Assembly: GCA_963827075.1 (NCBI GenBank)
Contig: CAWGZN010000002.1
Coordinates: forward strand, 54,099 to 118,098
Length of the DNA stretch: 64,000 nt
Direction of reading: 5' to 3'
DNA from: an uncultured Acidimicrobiia bacterium
GTDB taxonomy: Bacteria; Actinomycetota; Acidimicrobiia; Acidimicrobiales; Ilumatobacteraceae
Below are positions 1-10,202 of this stretch, piece after piece. Both the position numbers and the translations under genes were made by a program. Under the pieces are notes generated by a model. That model was not told the DNA's origin and did no database searches. It saw only the letters and a program-made list of their open reading frames with translations. The stretch's first letter is position 1. Each line of letters begins with the position of its first letter.

Positions 1-426
1 GTCAACTTCCTGATGCACGGCGCGGGCTGGATGGAGGGCGGCCTCTCGGCGTCGGCCGCCAAGCTCGTCATCGACGCCGACCTGCTCGGCATGGTCGCGG
101 CGATCTGCGAGCCGATCGTCGTCGACGAGGCGACGCTTGCCGTCGACGCGATCCGCGAGGTTGGCCCCGGCGGCCACTTCTTCGGAGTCGCCCACACCCA
201 GGAGCGCTTCCGCACCGCGTTCCACCGGCCGATGATCTCGGACTGGCGCAACTACGAATCGTGGGCGGAGGCCGGCGGGCCCGACGCAACCCAACGGGCG
301 ATCGAGCTCGCCCAGGCCTTCCTCACGGCCTACGAGCCGCCGGCGATGGATCCGGCCGTGAGCGAGGAACTCCACACGTTCGTCGCCCGCCGCGTCGCCG
401 AGGGCGGGGTCCCGACCGACTACTGA
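1..426 (+). CDS. MttB-superfamily methyltransferase (trimethylamine/glycine-betaine type), C-terminal part; 5' end outside window
   Basis: Frame 1 is open from base 1 (VNFLMHGAGWMEGGL...). Motifs AGW.EGGL, VIDADL and REVGPGGHFFG..HT are shared with the second MttB-like gene at 5670-7168. Confidence 0.8.
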   Translation, partial: VNFLMHGAGWMEGGLSASAAKLVIDADLLGMVAAICEPIVVDEATLAVDAIREVGPGGHFFGVAHTQERFRTAFHRPMISDWRNYESWAEAGGPDATQRAIELAQAFLTAYEPPAMDPAVSEELHTFVARRVAEGGVPTDY

Positions 427-436
427 AGGGTTCGGT

Positions 437-2884
437 GTGAAGTCATCAGCGCAGGTCGTCGTCATCGGTGGAGGGGTCGTCGGCGCCTCGGTGCTGTTCC
501 ACCTGACCGAGGCGGGGTGGCACGACGTCGTTCTCGTCGAGCGCAAGGAGCTCTCGGCCGGGTCGACGTGGCACTCCGCCGGCGGGATGCACACGCTCAA
601 CGGCGACCCCAACGTGGCCAAGCTGCAGCAGTACACGATCGAGCTGTACCGCACGATCGAGGCCCGCTCGGGGCAGAACTGCTCGATCCACCTGCCCGGC
701 GGACTGATGCTGGCGAGCGACCGCGAGCGCCTCGACTGGCTGCGGATGGCCCAGGCGCGCGGGCGGTACCTCGGCATGGAGCTCGAGATCATCTCCGCCG
801 GCGAGGCCAAGGCGCGGTTCCCGCTGTTGGAGGAGCAGTACTTCGTCGGTGCGCTCTACGACCCCGTCGAGGGCCACGTCGATCCGAGCGGCGTGACGAC
901 GGCCTACGCCCAGTGCGCCCGTCAGGCCGGCGCCGAGATCTACCGCCACACGTGGGTCAACGATCTGCGCCAGCGGCTCGACGGCACGTGGGACGTCGCG
1001 ACTGACCAGGGCGAGATCCACGCCGAGCACATCGTCAACTGCGGCGGGCTGTGGGCGCGTGAGGTCGGGCGGATGATCGGGCTCGAGCTGCCGGTCCTCG
1101 GCATGGAGCACATGTACCTCGTGACCGACGACATGGACGAGGTCGCCGCGTTCAACGCCGAGCACGGGCACGAGCTGCCCATGGCGCTCGACTTCGAGGG
1201 CGAGATCTACATCCGCCAGGAGCAGGGCGGGATGCTGTTGGGCACGTACGAGCAGGCATGCGTGCCGTGGTCACCGCAGGTCGCGCCGTGGAGCTTCGAC
1301 CAGGAGCTGCTGCCTCCCGACCTCGATCGCATCGCCCCGTCGCTCGAGGTCGCCTTCAAGCACTACCCGGCGATGGCGACGGCGGGGATCAAGCGGGTGA
1401 TCAACGGGCCGTTCACGTTCGCCCCCGACGGCAACCCGCTCGTCGGCCCGATCCGGGGCGTCCGCAACTGCTGGGTCGCGTGCGCCGTGATGGCCGGGTT
1501 GTCGCAGGGCGGCGGAGTTGGGCTCGCCCTGGCGAACTGGATGACGACGGGCGACCCGCAGCTCGACGTGTGGGGCATGGACGTCGCCCGGTTCGGCGAC
1601 TGGGCCACGCTCGCCTACACCAACGCCAAGGTGCGGGAGAACTACAGCCGGCGCTTCCGCATCACGTTCCCGAACGAGGAGCTGCCGGCCGCGCGACCGC
1701 TGCACTCGACGCCGGTGTACGACCGGTTCACCGCGCACAACGCGGTGTGGGGCGCCGGGTTCGGGCTCGAGCATCCGCTGTGGTTCCAGCGTCCGGGCGA
1801 GGAACCGGTCGAGGACGTCACGTTCCGGCGTTCGAACGCGTTCCCGGTCGTGGCCGAGGAGTGCCGGGCCGTGCGCGAGCGGGTCGGGCTCACGGAGTGC
1901 TCGAACTTCGCCAAGTACCGCGTGGCCGGTCCCGGCTCGGCGGAGTGGCTGCAGGGGTTGTTCACCAACCGTCTGCCCAAGCCGGGACGCATCGCGCTGA
2001 CCCCGATGCTGAATCCGGACGGCCGCATCGTCGGCGAGTTCTCGGTGGCCCGCACGGGCGAGGACGAGTTCTTCCTGTTCGGCTCGCAGATCGCCGAGGT
2101 GTATCACTCCCGGTGGTTCCTCAGCCACCTGCCGGCCTCGTCGGAGATCCGGTTCGAGGTGCTCGGGCTGTCGCTCGTCGGGCTGTCGGTGGCGGGTCCC
2201 CGTGCGCGTGACGTCCTGCAGTCGGTGACGTCGGAGTCGCTGGCGACCGCCGACTACCCGTTCATGGCATTCCGGCAGGTGGGGCTGGGCATGATCCCGG
2301 CGTGGGTCGGGCGGATGACGTACACCGGCGACCTGGGCTACGAGATCTGGGTCGCGCCGGAGTACCAGCGGGCCCTGTTCGACCTGCTGTGGGACGCCGG
2401 CCGGCCGCACGGGATGGCGCTGTTCGGCTTCCGGGCGTTGATGTCGCTGCGGATGGAGAAGCGCTTCGGGACGTGGTTCCGCGAGTTCCGCCCGATCTAC
2501 ACGCCGCTCGAGGCGGGGATGGATCGCTACCTGAAGCTCGACCACGAGTTCATCGGTCGGGAGGCGCTGGAGGCCGAGATGGCACGCGGGCCGGAGCGGG
2601 CGCTCGTCTACCTCGACGTCGACCCTGATCCCGAGGAGCCCGCCGACGTCATCGGCGACGAGCCGATCTGGCACGACGGCCCAGACGGATGGCACGTGGT
2701 GGGGTGGGTCACGTCCGGGGGCTACGCGCACTACAGCGCCCGGTCGCTCGCCCTCGGCTACGTCCCCGCCGCGCTCGCCCGATCCGGGGCCTCGTTCGAG
2801 GTCGAGATCATCGGCCAGCGGCGGCCGGCACGGCTGCTCGACGAGCCGGTGTTCGACCCGGCGGGCGAGCGGATGCGGGTCTAG
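437..2884 (+). CDS. FAD-dependent dimethylglycine/sarcosine dehydrogenase-family enzyme (DAO domain + GcvT-like folate-binding domain)
   Basis: Uninterrupted 815-aa ORF with a GTG start 10 nt after the previous stop. N-terminal VVVIGGGVVG dinucleotide fold and C-terminal GcvT-type TYTGDLGYEIW motif. Confidence 0.9.
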   Translation: MKSSAQVVVIGGGVVGASVLFHLTEAGWHDVVLVERKELSAGSTWHSAGGMHTLNGDPNVAKLQQYTIELYRTIEARSGQNCSIHLPGGLMLASDRERLDWLRMAQARGRYLGMELEIISAGEAKARFPLLEEQYFVGALYDPVEGHVDPSGVTTAYAQCARQAGAEIYRHTWVNDLRQRLDGTWDVATDQGEIHAEHIVNCGGLWAREVGRMIGLELPVLGMEHMYLVTDDMDEVAAFNAEHGHELPMALDFEGEIYIRQEQGGMLLGTYEQACVPWSPQVAPWSFDQELLPPDLDRIAPSLEVAFKHYPAMATAGIKRVINGPFTFAPDGNPLVGPIRGVRNCWVACAVMAGLSQGGGVGLALANWMTTGDPQLDVWGMDVARFGDWATLAYTNAKVRENYSRRFRITFPNEELPAARPLHSTPVYDRFTAHNAVWGAGFGLEHPLWFQRPGEEPVEDVTFRRSNAFPVVAEECRAVRERVGLTECSNFAKYRVAGPGSAEWLQGLFTNRLPKPGRIALTPMLNPDGRIVGEFSVARTGEDEFFLFGSQIAEVYHSRWFLSHLPASSEIRFEVLGLSLVGLSVAGPRARDVLQSVTSESLATADYPFMAFRQVGLGMIPAWVGRMTYTGDLGYEIWVAPEYQRALFDLLWDAGRPHGMALFGFRALMSLRMEKRFGTWFREFRPIYTPLEAGMDRYLKLDHEFIGREALEAEMARGPERALVYLDVDPDPEEPADVIGDEPIWHDGPDGWHVVGWVTSGGYAHYSARSLALGYVPAALARSGASFEVEIIGQRRPARLLDEPVFDPAGERMRV

Positions 2885-2889
2885 CCACC

Positions 2890-3564
2890 GTGGGCCGACG
2901 GCCCGACGTCGAGCGGCGCCAGGAGCTGCTCGACCGCGTGGTCGCCTATCTCGCCGGCCACGGCCTGGCCGACGTCTCGCTGCGCCCGATGGCACGCGAG
3001 CTCGGCGTCAGCGTGAACGCCCTCGTCCATCACTTCGGCGCCAAGGAGGAGCTGGTGGTCGCAGCACTGCGACGGGCGGCCGACGTCCAGGCCGACCTCG
3101 AGCAGCGCTGGCTCGCCCGCCAGCCCGGGCTGACGGAGGCCGAGCTGTTGCGCCGGTGGTGGCGGTGGATCAACGCGTCGCCGGCGAACCTCGCGGTCGT
3201 GCGCCTCGGCATCGAGGCCGCCGCCCTCGACGCCACGACGAGCGGGTTGCCCGGGGCGGTGCGGGCCGACCAGATCGCCCCGTGGCGGGCGAACATCGAG
3301 CAGCGCCTCGTCGCGGAGGGGATGGACCCGGACGAGGCCGCGCTCGAGGCGCCGTTGGTCAAGGCGATGTTCACCGGCCTCGTCGTGGACCTCCTCGCCA
3401 CCGGCGAGCGGCGCCGGCTCACCGCCTCGCTCGAGGCCGGCGTCGCCCGCCTCGAACGCCGACGTCCATCCGAGTGTCTGACGCCGACCGAGTGTCTCGT
3501 GAGGGAGAGTCCCTCGGCAGACACTCCGACGGCGGGAAACACTCGGATGGCTACAGGTCTTTGA
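2890..3564 (+). CDS. TetR-family transcriptional regulator
   Basis: In-frame GTG 6 nt after the dehydrogenase stop. HTH region LRPMARELGVSVNALVHHFGAKEEL. The last ~30 codons are read out of repeat element A1, so the true C-terminus is uncertain. Confidence 0.75.
   Translation: MGRRPDVERRQELLDRVVAYLAGHGLADVSLRPMARELGVSVNALVHHFGAKEELVVAALRRAADVQADLEQRWLARQPGLTEAELLRRWWRWINASPANLAVVRLGIEAAALDATTSGLPGAVRADQIAPWRANIEQRLVAEGMDPDEAALEAPLVKAMFTGLVVDLLATGERRRLTASLEAGVARLERRRPSECLTPTECLVRESPSADTPTAGNTRMATGL
3466..3550. repeat. Family A nested-palindrome element, copy A1 (85 bp)
   Basis: CCATCCGAGTGTCTGACGCCGACCGAGTGTCTCGTGAGGGAG...CGGCAGACACTCCGACGGCGGGAAACACTCGGATGG. The core CCGAGTGTCT occurs twice direct and twice inverted. 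Related copies lie at 26773, 30226 and 45651. Confidence 0.85.
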
Positions 3565-5590
3565 CGAGTCGCAACGCGTCGTAGACGGCGGCGTGGATGT
3601 TCCGGCCGGCCACGGCGTCGCCGATGCGGAACAGCTGGAACCGGCCGTCGGGGTTCGTGGTCAGCGACTGCGGGCGACCCTCGAGGAGGGCGCCGTAGTC
3701 GACGGCGCCGAGGTTGCGCGACGCCGGCTTGAGCTCGAAGTACAGGTCGGCGGACGCGGCCGTTCCGTGGTCGGTCACCACCCAGTCGACGTGACGCACG
3801 CTCGAGGTGCGGGGAGTGGTCGCTGCCGACCTCGACGCACAGCCGCCCGTGCTCCGGACGCACGGCGTGCACCCGCTGGTTGAGCGTGATCCGCGTGTCG
3901 GTCTCGTTGAACGCCCGGGCGTACGGCACGTGGTTCATCCCGCCGACCTCGATGCCCAGCATCCGCTCGGGTGTGACGATCTCGAGGCGGGCGCCGGACC
4001 GGGCGATCATCTCCGCCGCCGACATTGCCGAGTGGGTGCCGTTGTCGTCGAAGAACAGGACCTCACCGGTGGGCGTGACGTCGCCGCCGATCACGTCCCA
4101 GCTCGTCACCATCCGCTCGGCGCCCTCGTCGATGTCCGGGAGCTGCGGCAGGCCGCCCGTCGCCACGATCACGACGTCGGGATCGAGGGCGGTGACGTCG
4201 TCCCCCTCGGCAATGACGTCGTAGCGCACGTCGACACCGAGGCGGGCGAGCTCGCTCACCCGCCACTCGACGATGCCCAGCAGGTCCTTGCGCCGGGGGT
4301 TGCGGGCGGCCAGCCGGATCTGACCGCCGGCCCACGGCATCGCCTCGAGCAGCACGACGTCGTGGCCGCGCTCGCCGGCGACCCGGGCCGCCTCGAGCCC
4401 GGCCGGGCCGGCGCCGACGACGACCACGCTCCGAGTCGTCGGCGCTTGCGGGATCTCGTGCGGCATCGTCTGCTCGCGGCTCGTCGCCGCGTTGTGGATG
4501 CACAGCGCCTCGCCGAACTCGTAGATCCGGTCGAGGCAGTACGTCGCCCCGACGCACGGCCTGATCTCGGCCTCGCGGCCGGAGATGATCTTGCGCACGA
4601 TGTGCGGGTCGGCGAGGTGGGCCCGGGTCATGCCGACGAGGTCGACCTTGCCCTCCCGGATGGCGTGGCGTGCCGTCGCCACGTCGTCGACCTTCGACGC
4701 GTGCAGGACGGCGAGCGACGTCGACGCCCGCACGTGGCCGGCGAAGTCGAGGTGCGGCGCCGACGGCATGCCGTGGATCGGGATCACGTTGATCAGGCGA
4801 GGGTCGGTCGCGATGTTGCCGCGGATGACGTTGACGAAGTCGACCAGCCCGTCGGCCTCCAGGCGGGAGAGGATCTCCAGCCCGGTAGCGGCGTCGATGC
4901 CACCGGCGCACGGTCTCGTCGACCGCCATCCGGATGCCGACGATGAACTCGGGACCGACCCGCTCCCGGATCGCCGTGAGCACCCGCCAGCCGAAGCGCA
5001 GCCGGTTCTCGAACGACCCGCCGTACTCGTCGGTGCGCTGGTTCGTGAGCGGCGACCAGAACTGGTCGAACAGGTGCCCGTAGGACTCGATCTCGATGCC
5101 GTCCATCCCGCCCGCCTGCATCCGCTCGGCGGCGTCGGCGTACTTGCCGACGATGCGGTCGATGTCCCAGTCCTCGGCCTCCTTCGGCACCGCCCGGTGG
5201 GCCGGCTCGCGCAGCGGCGACGGGGCGACGACCGGCAGCCAGTCGTCCTGGGCCCAGCCGGTGCGCCGACCGAGGTGGGTGAGCTGGATCATGCACGCCG
5301 CCCCGTGCTCGTGGATCTCGTCGGTCATCCGGCGGATCCACGGCACGATCTCGTCGTCGTAGGCGTGGAGGTTGCCGAACGCCGGCGGGCTGTCCTCGGC
5401 GACGACCGCCGACCCGGCCGTCATCGTCATCGCCAGGCCGCCCTTGGCCTTCTCGACGTGGTACAGCCGGTAGCGGTCCTTCGGCATGCCGTCTCTCGGA
5501 GTACGCCGGCTCGTGCGACGACGAGAAGACCCGGTTGCGCAACGTCAGGTGCCTCAGCTGGAACGGCTGCAGGAGCGGATCGTCAGCCAC
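3551..5590 (-). pseudogene. OYE-type NADH:flavin oxidoreductase with C-terminal FAD/NAD(P) domain (N-methylproline/dimethylglycine demethylase-like, 2,4-dienoyl-CoA reductase fold); frame-disrupted
   Basis: Recognisable segments lie in different frames. These are VADDPLLQPFQLRHLTLRNRVFSSSHEP; MPKDRYRLYHVEKAKGG...GIEIESYGHLFDQFWSPLTNQRTDEYGGSFENRLRF; ...RPCVGATYCLDRI...VVVVGAGPAGLEAA...; and ...DAVAGRNIHAAVYDALRLVKDL. Frame switches occur near 5490, 4900 and 3812. Confidence 0.75.
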
Positions 5591-5614
5591 GTCACCAGCT
5601 TCCCACCACCCATA

Positions 5615-5661
5615 GTTCTTGCATCTACCTAGCGCTATCACGCGCAAAGTAGATGCAGAAC
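5615..5661. repeat. Palindromic element E (GTTCTTGCATCTAC ... GTAGATGCAGAAC)
   Basis: 13/14-nt inverted repeat with a 20-nt loop. It sits between the MttB stop (5670) and the flavoprotein start (~5590). It shares GTTCT(G)/CAGAAC termini with family B and element D. Confidence 0.7.
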
Positions 5662-5669
5662 GCGGGTGG

Positions 5670-7168
5670 TCAGTCCCACATGTCCGGCATCTCCGCCTTG
5701 CGGCGGGTGACGAACTCCCGCAGCGCCTCGTCGACGGCGTCGTCGATCGGCGGCGGCTCGTAGGCGGCGAGCAGCTCGGCGACCTTGTCGGCGGCGCGCT
5801 CCTCGACGCGCCGCTCGCCGGCGTCGCGCCACTGCTCGAAGCTCGAGTTGTCGGCCGTCCAGCTGTCCCAGAACGCCGTCTCGTAGTGGCGCAGCGTGTG
5901 CTGGGCGCCGAAGAAGTGCTTGCCGGGGCCGACCTCGCGGAACCCGTCGAGGGCGAACTGCTCGTCGGACAGGTCGATGCCCTGCAGGTAGCGGTGCAGC
6001 GCGCCGCAGAGGTCGGCGTCGACGATGAACTTCTCGTAGCCCATCACCAGCCCACCCTCGAGCCAGCCGGCCGAGTGCAGGATGAAGTTGGCGCCGCACA
6101 GGATCGCCGCCTGCATCGACACCGCCGACTCGAGCATCGCCTGCCCGTCGAGCACCTTCGACGTGGTGAACGAGCCCGAGCACCGCAGCGGCAGCCCGAC
6201 CCGGCGGGCGAGCTGACCGACGACGAGCGAGCCGATCGCCGGCTCCGGCGTGCCGAACGTCGGCGCGCCCGAGCGCAGCGCCATCGACGACAGGAAGTTG
6301 CCGTAGATGACCGGCGACCCGGGCCGGATGAGCTGGCCGAGCGCGACGCCGACCATCGTCTCGGCGTGCGCCTGGGCGATGTCGCCGGCGAGCGTGACCG
6401 GTCCCATCGCCCCGCCGAGGATGAACGGCACGACGACCGGCGCCTGGTTCGCCGCCGGCGTAGGCGCGGATCGCGCCGGTCATCGCGCCGTCCCACACGA
6501 GCGGCGAGTTGACGTTGACGTTGCCGAGGATGACGCAGTTCGACTCGAGGAACTCGGCGCCGAACGCGATGCGCGCCATCTCGATCGAGTCCTCGGCCCG
6601 GCTCGGCACGGTGACCGAGCCCATGAACGGCTTGTCGCTGTAGCGCAGGTGGGCGTACACCATGTCGAGGTGGCGCTTGTTGACCGGCACGTCGACCGGC
6701 TCGCACACGGTGCCGCCCGAGTGGTGCAGCCACGGCGATCGACGCAGGCCAGCTTGACGAAGTTCTCGAAGTCGGCGAGCGATGCCGTACCGCCGACCGC
6801 CGGCGAGGTCGCGGACGAACGGCGAGCCGTACGCCGGGGCGAACACGACGTCGTCGCCGCCGATCTCGACCGACGTGGGCGGGGTTGCGGGCGAGCTGCG
6901 TGAAGCTCGACGGCGCGGTCGCGCACAGCGCGCGCACGTGGCCCGGATCGAAGCGCACCCGTTCGCCGTCGACCGTCGCGCCGGCGTCGCGGAACAGCCC
7001 GACGGCGACGTCGTCGTGGATCTCGATCCCGATCTCGGCCAGGATCTGGTCGGCCTTGGGCTCGATCAGCGCCAGTCCCTCCTCGCCGAGCAGCTCGTAG
7101 GTCGGGATCTGGCGACGGATGAACGCCGGCGCCGACGGCGTCGCGCGCCGCTCCGCGTCGGCCTCCAC
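5670..7168 (-). pseudogene. MttB-superfamily methyltransferase (non-pyrrolysine type); frame-disrupted
   Basis: The C-terminal 253 aa are intact (5670-6431: [12 protein letters not shown]...[10 protein letters not shown]...REVGPGKHFFG). N-terminal segments [59 protein letters not shown] and [37 protein letters not shown] lie in other frames. Switches occur near 6868, 6790, 6740 and 6462. Confidence 0.8.
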
Positions 7169-7205
7169 CCGCGCCTGCCCGGCCGCCCGCTGCGGGCTCG
7201 CTCCG

Positions 7206-9245
7206 TCACTCGGCCACGTGCGTGCGGCCGAGCTCGGTCGACCGGGAGGTGGCAGCGGATGCGGTGCCCGAGCTCGAGCTCGACGACCGGCGGTTCGATC
7301 ACGTCGCACGTGCCCGGCGATGAACCGGTGGCACCGGGTGTGGAACACGCAGCCGGACGGCGGGTTCGCCGGGCTCGGGATCTCGCCGGCCAGCCGGATG
7401 CGTCGCGACGGCTCGCCGTCGACGCTCGGCACGGCCGACAGCAGCGCCTCGGTGTACGGGTGGTGGGGGCCGTCGAAGATCTGCGTCGGTGCGGCCGATC
7501 TCCTGCATCCGCCCGAGGTACATCACGACGATGCGGTCGGCGAGGTAGCGCACGACGCCGAGGTCGTGGCTGATGAACAGGTAGCTCGTCGACTCGGTCG
7601 TCTGCAGCTCGGAGAGCAGGTTGAGGATCGCCGCCTGCACCGACACGTCGAGGGCGCTCGTCGGCTCGTCGCAGACGACGATGCGCGGATCGCCGGCGAA
7701 CGCCCTGGCGATCGCGACGCGCTGCTTCAGCCCGCCCGACAGCTGGCGCGGGCTGCATGTCGAGGTGCCGGGGCGACAGCCGCAACGCCTCGGCCAAGCT
7801 CTCGACCCGGTCCTCGGCGGCCTTGCCCCTTGACCCCGGTGAGCTTGTGCACCGACCGCCTGAGGATGCGGCGCACGCTCCAGTTGCGGTTGAGCGCCGA
7901 GTCGGGGTTCTGGAACACCATCTGCATCGGCCCGCATGGTCGTCGACGTCGCGGGCGCTCGGCCTTGCGCGGCAACGGCTGGTCGTCGAGGCTGATCTCG
8001 CTGCCCTCGTCGGGCGCGTAGATGCCGAGCATCGTCTTGGCGAGCGTCGTCTTGCCGGAGCCCGACTCACCGACGAGGCCGAGCGTCTCGCCGTCGCCGA
8101 GCTCGAGGTCGATCGCCGACCAGCGCCGGGATGTCGTGGCCGCGCTGGCGGAACGTCTTGGAGACGTCGTGGATCTCGATCACGATCCGGCCGCCGAGCA
8201 TGTCGACCGGCGTCTCCGCCGGCGGTTCGGGGATCTGGTCGATCCGGTCGACGTGATGACAGCGCGTGAAGTGGCCGTCGCCGACCGGCGACCACCGGCG
8301 GCACCTCGGCGCGGCAGATCTCGTCGGCGAGCGGGCAGCGGTCGACGAACACGCACGTCGGCAGGTCGGCGTCCGATCTGGGGCAGCGTGCCCGGGATCG
8401 TGGACAGCGCCCGCTCGGTCTTGCGGATGCCGTGACGCGGCAGGCACTGCAGCAGGCCGATCGTGTACGGGTGCTTCGGGTCGTCGAACACCTCGACCGG
8501 CGTCGCCCTCCTCGACGACCTTGCCGGCGTACATCACGCCGACCCGGTCGCACATCGAGCGGATCACGCCGAGGTTGTGGGCGATGAGCAGGATCGCGGC
8601 GTCGGTCTCGTGGCGCAGGGCGCGCACGAGGTCGAGCACCTCGGCCTCGACGGTGGCGTCGAGACCGGTGGTCGGCTCGTCGAGCACGAGCAGCTTCGGG
8701 TCGCACGCCAGCGCCATGGCGATCACGACGCGTTGCTGCATCCCGCCGGAGAGCTGGTGCGGATAGCGCTGCATGACCCGCACCGGGTCGGCGATGCGCA
8801 CGCGGCGCAGCGCCTCGAGGGCGTTCTGCTGCGCCTCGCCTGCGGTCGTGACCGAGGACGCGTGAAGCCTCGACGACCTGGCGGCCGATCTTCAACGATC
8901 GGGTTCAACGCCGGGCCGGGATCCTGGTACACCATCGACGCCGTCGCCGGGCGCGGAACCGGCGCAGCTCGCGTGTCCGACATCCGCGTCACGTCGTCGC
9001 CGCCGACGAGGATGCGGCCGCCGGTGATCACGCGCGTTCGACGGCAGGTAGCGCAGCGCGGCGTAGGCGGTGGTCGACTTGCCGCACCCCGACTCGCCGA
9101 CCAGCCCGTACGCCTCGCCCGGGGCGGACGTGGAACGACACGCCCCGGAGCACCTCCCGCGGGATGCCGCGCACGCGGTAGGCGAGCTGGAGGTCGTCGA
9201 CCGCGAGGGCGTGCGTCGTCGTGCGGTGGCGATCGTGTCGCTCAT
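7206..9245 (-). pseudogene. Fused two-domain ABC transporter ATPase (DppD/DppF-type, peptide/opine/nickel family); heavily frame-disrupted
   Basis: Two Walker A motifs ([18 protein letters not shown]), two signature motifs ([16 protein letters not shown]), two Walker B motifs ([20 protein letters not shown]) and two oligopeptide-type C-terminal motifs ([18 protein letters not shown]) are scattered over all three minus frames. By manual tracing I count roughly 14-16 frame switches. Confidence 0.8.
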
Positions 9246-10200
9246 GCCGCGCACACCGCCTCGATCGAGTCGGCGATCAGGTTGATGGCGATCACCAGGC
9301 TGGCGATGGCCAGCGCCGGGAAGATCGTCGGCCACCACTGCCGCTCTGGATGAGCCGGTAGGTCTCGTTGACCGTCAGCCCCCAGTCCGGCGACGGCGGC
9401 TGGATCCCGACCGCCGAGGAACGACAGCGTGGCGATCGTGAAGATGGCGTACCCGATGCGCACGGTGAGCTCGACGACGATCGGACCGGTGATGTTCGGC
9501 AGGATCTCCCGGGTCATGACGAACAGTCCTGACTCGCCGCGCAGCCGGGCCGACGTGACGTAGTCGAGCTCGGCCTCGGCGATCACGGCCGACCGCACGG
9601 TGCGGGACACGATCGGCGTGAACAGCACGCGACCGTGCCGATCACGATGGTCCTGCGACGACCCGAGCGACGTGACGACGAGGAGGCCCATGAGGATCAC
9701 CGGGATCGCCAGCAGGGCCTCGATGACCCGGCTGATGACCTCGTCGACCCAGCCGCGGAAGTAGCCCATGATGAGGCCGAGCAGCGTGCCGGCGACGACG
9801 CTGAGCACCGCCGCGATCGGGGCGACGATCAGCACGTCGCGCGCCCCGGCCATCACCCGCGAGAGCACGTCGCGACCGAGCTGGTCGGTGCCCATCCAGT
9901 TGGTCGAGTTCGGCGGCAGCAACGGTGGGAACTCCGGTCGCAGCGGCCCGTACGGCGTGATCCGGTCGCCGCCGATGGCGCAGACGATCCAGAACAGCAG
10001 GATCACGACGCCGACGATGAACCCCGGCCGCCGCAGCAGCAGCCGCCACCGCTCCCGGCGGGCCTGGCGCCGCTCGGCGCGCATGTCGATCGGCGGCGCG
10101 CCGGCGTCGACCTCCTCGCCGAGCTCCTCGAACGCCGCTTCTCGGCCGCGACCTCGACGGTGGCCGCCGCCGACGACGGCTCCGGGGGCGGCACGTTCAT
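9242..10200 (-). pseudogene. ABC transporter permease (DppC/OppC-like); frame-disrupted
   Basis: FIVGVVILLFWIVCAIGGDRITPYGP...MGTDQLGRDVLSRVMAGARDVL...ARLRGESGLFVMTREILPNITGPIVVELT. The ATGA overlap with the ATPase start is at 9242-9245. Compensated frame excursions occur near 10140, 9650/9625 and 9420/9350. Confidence 0.8.
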
Positions 10201-10202
10201 GC

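Noticed and set aside
1271-2995. 574-aa ORF antisense to the dimethylglycine-dehydrogenase-type gene
   Set aside because: It is a shadow ORF of a high-GC gene. The composition is Arg/Pro/Gly-dominated with no recognisable domain, and the sense strand carries a complete, motif-rich enzyme.
5670-7168. Pyrrolysine (in-frame UAG) or programmed recoding as the explanation for the broken MttB gene
   Set aside because: The interruptions I could trace are frame changes, not in-frame amber codons. No pyl genes are present. The same kind of disruption affects unrelated neighbouring genes.
7206-9245. Programmed ribosomal frameshifting in the ABC ATPase
   Set aside because: About 15 switches in 2 kb, in both directions and without a common slippery motif, cannot be programmed events.
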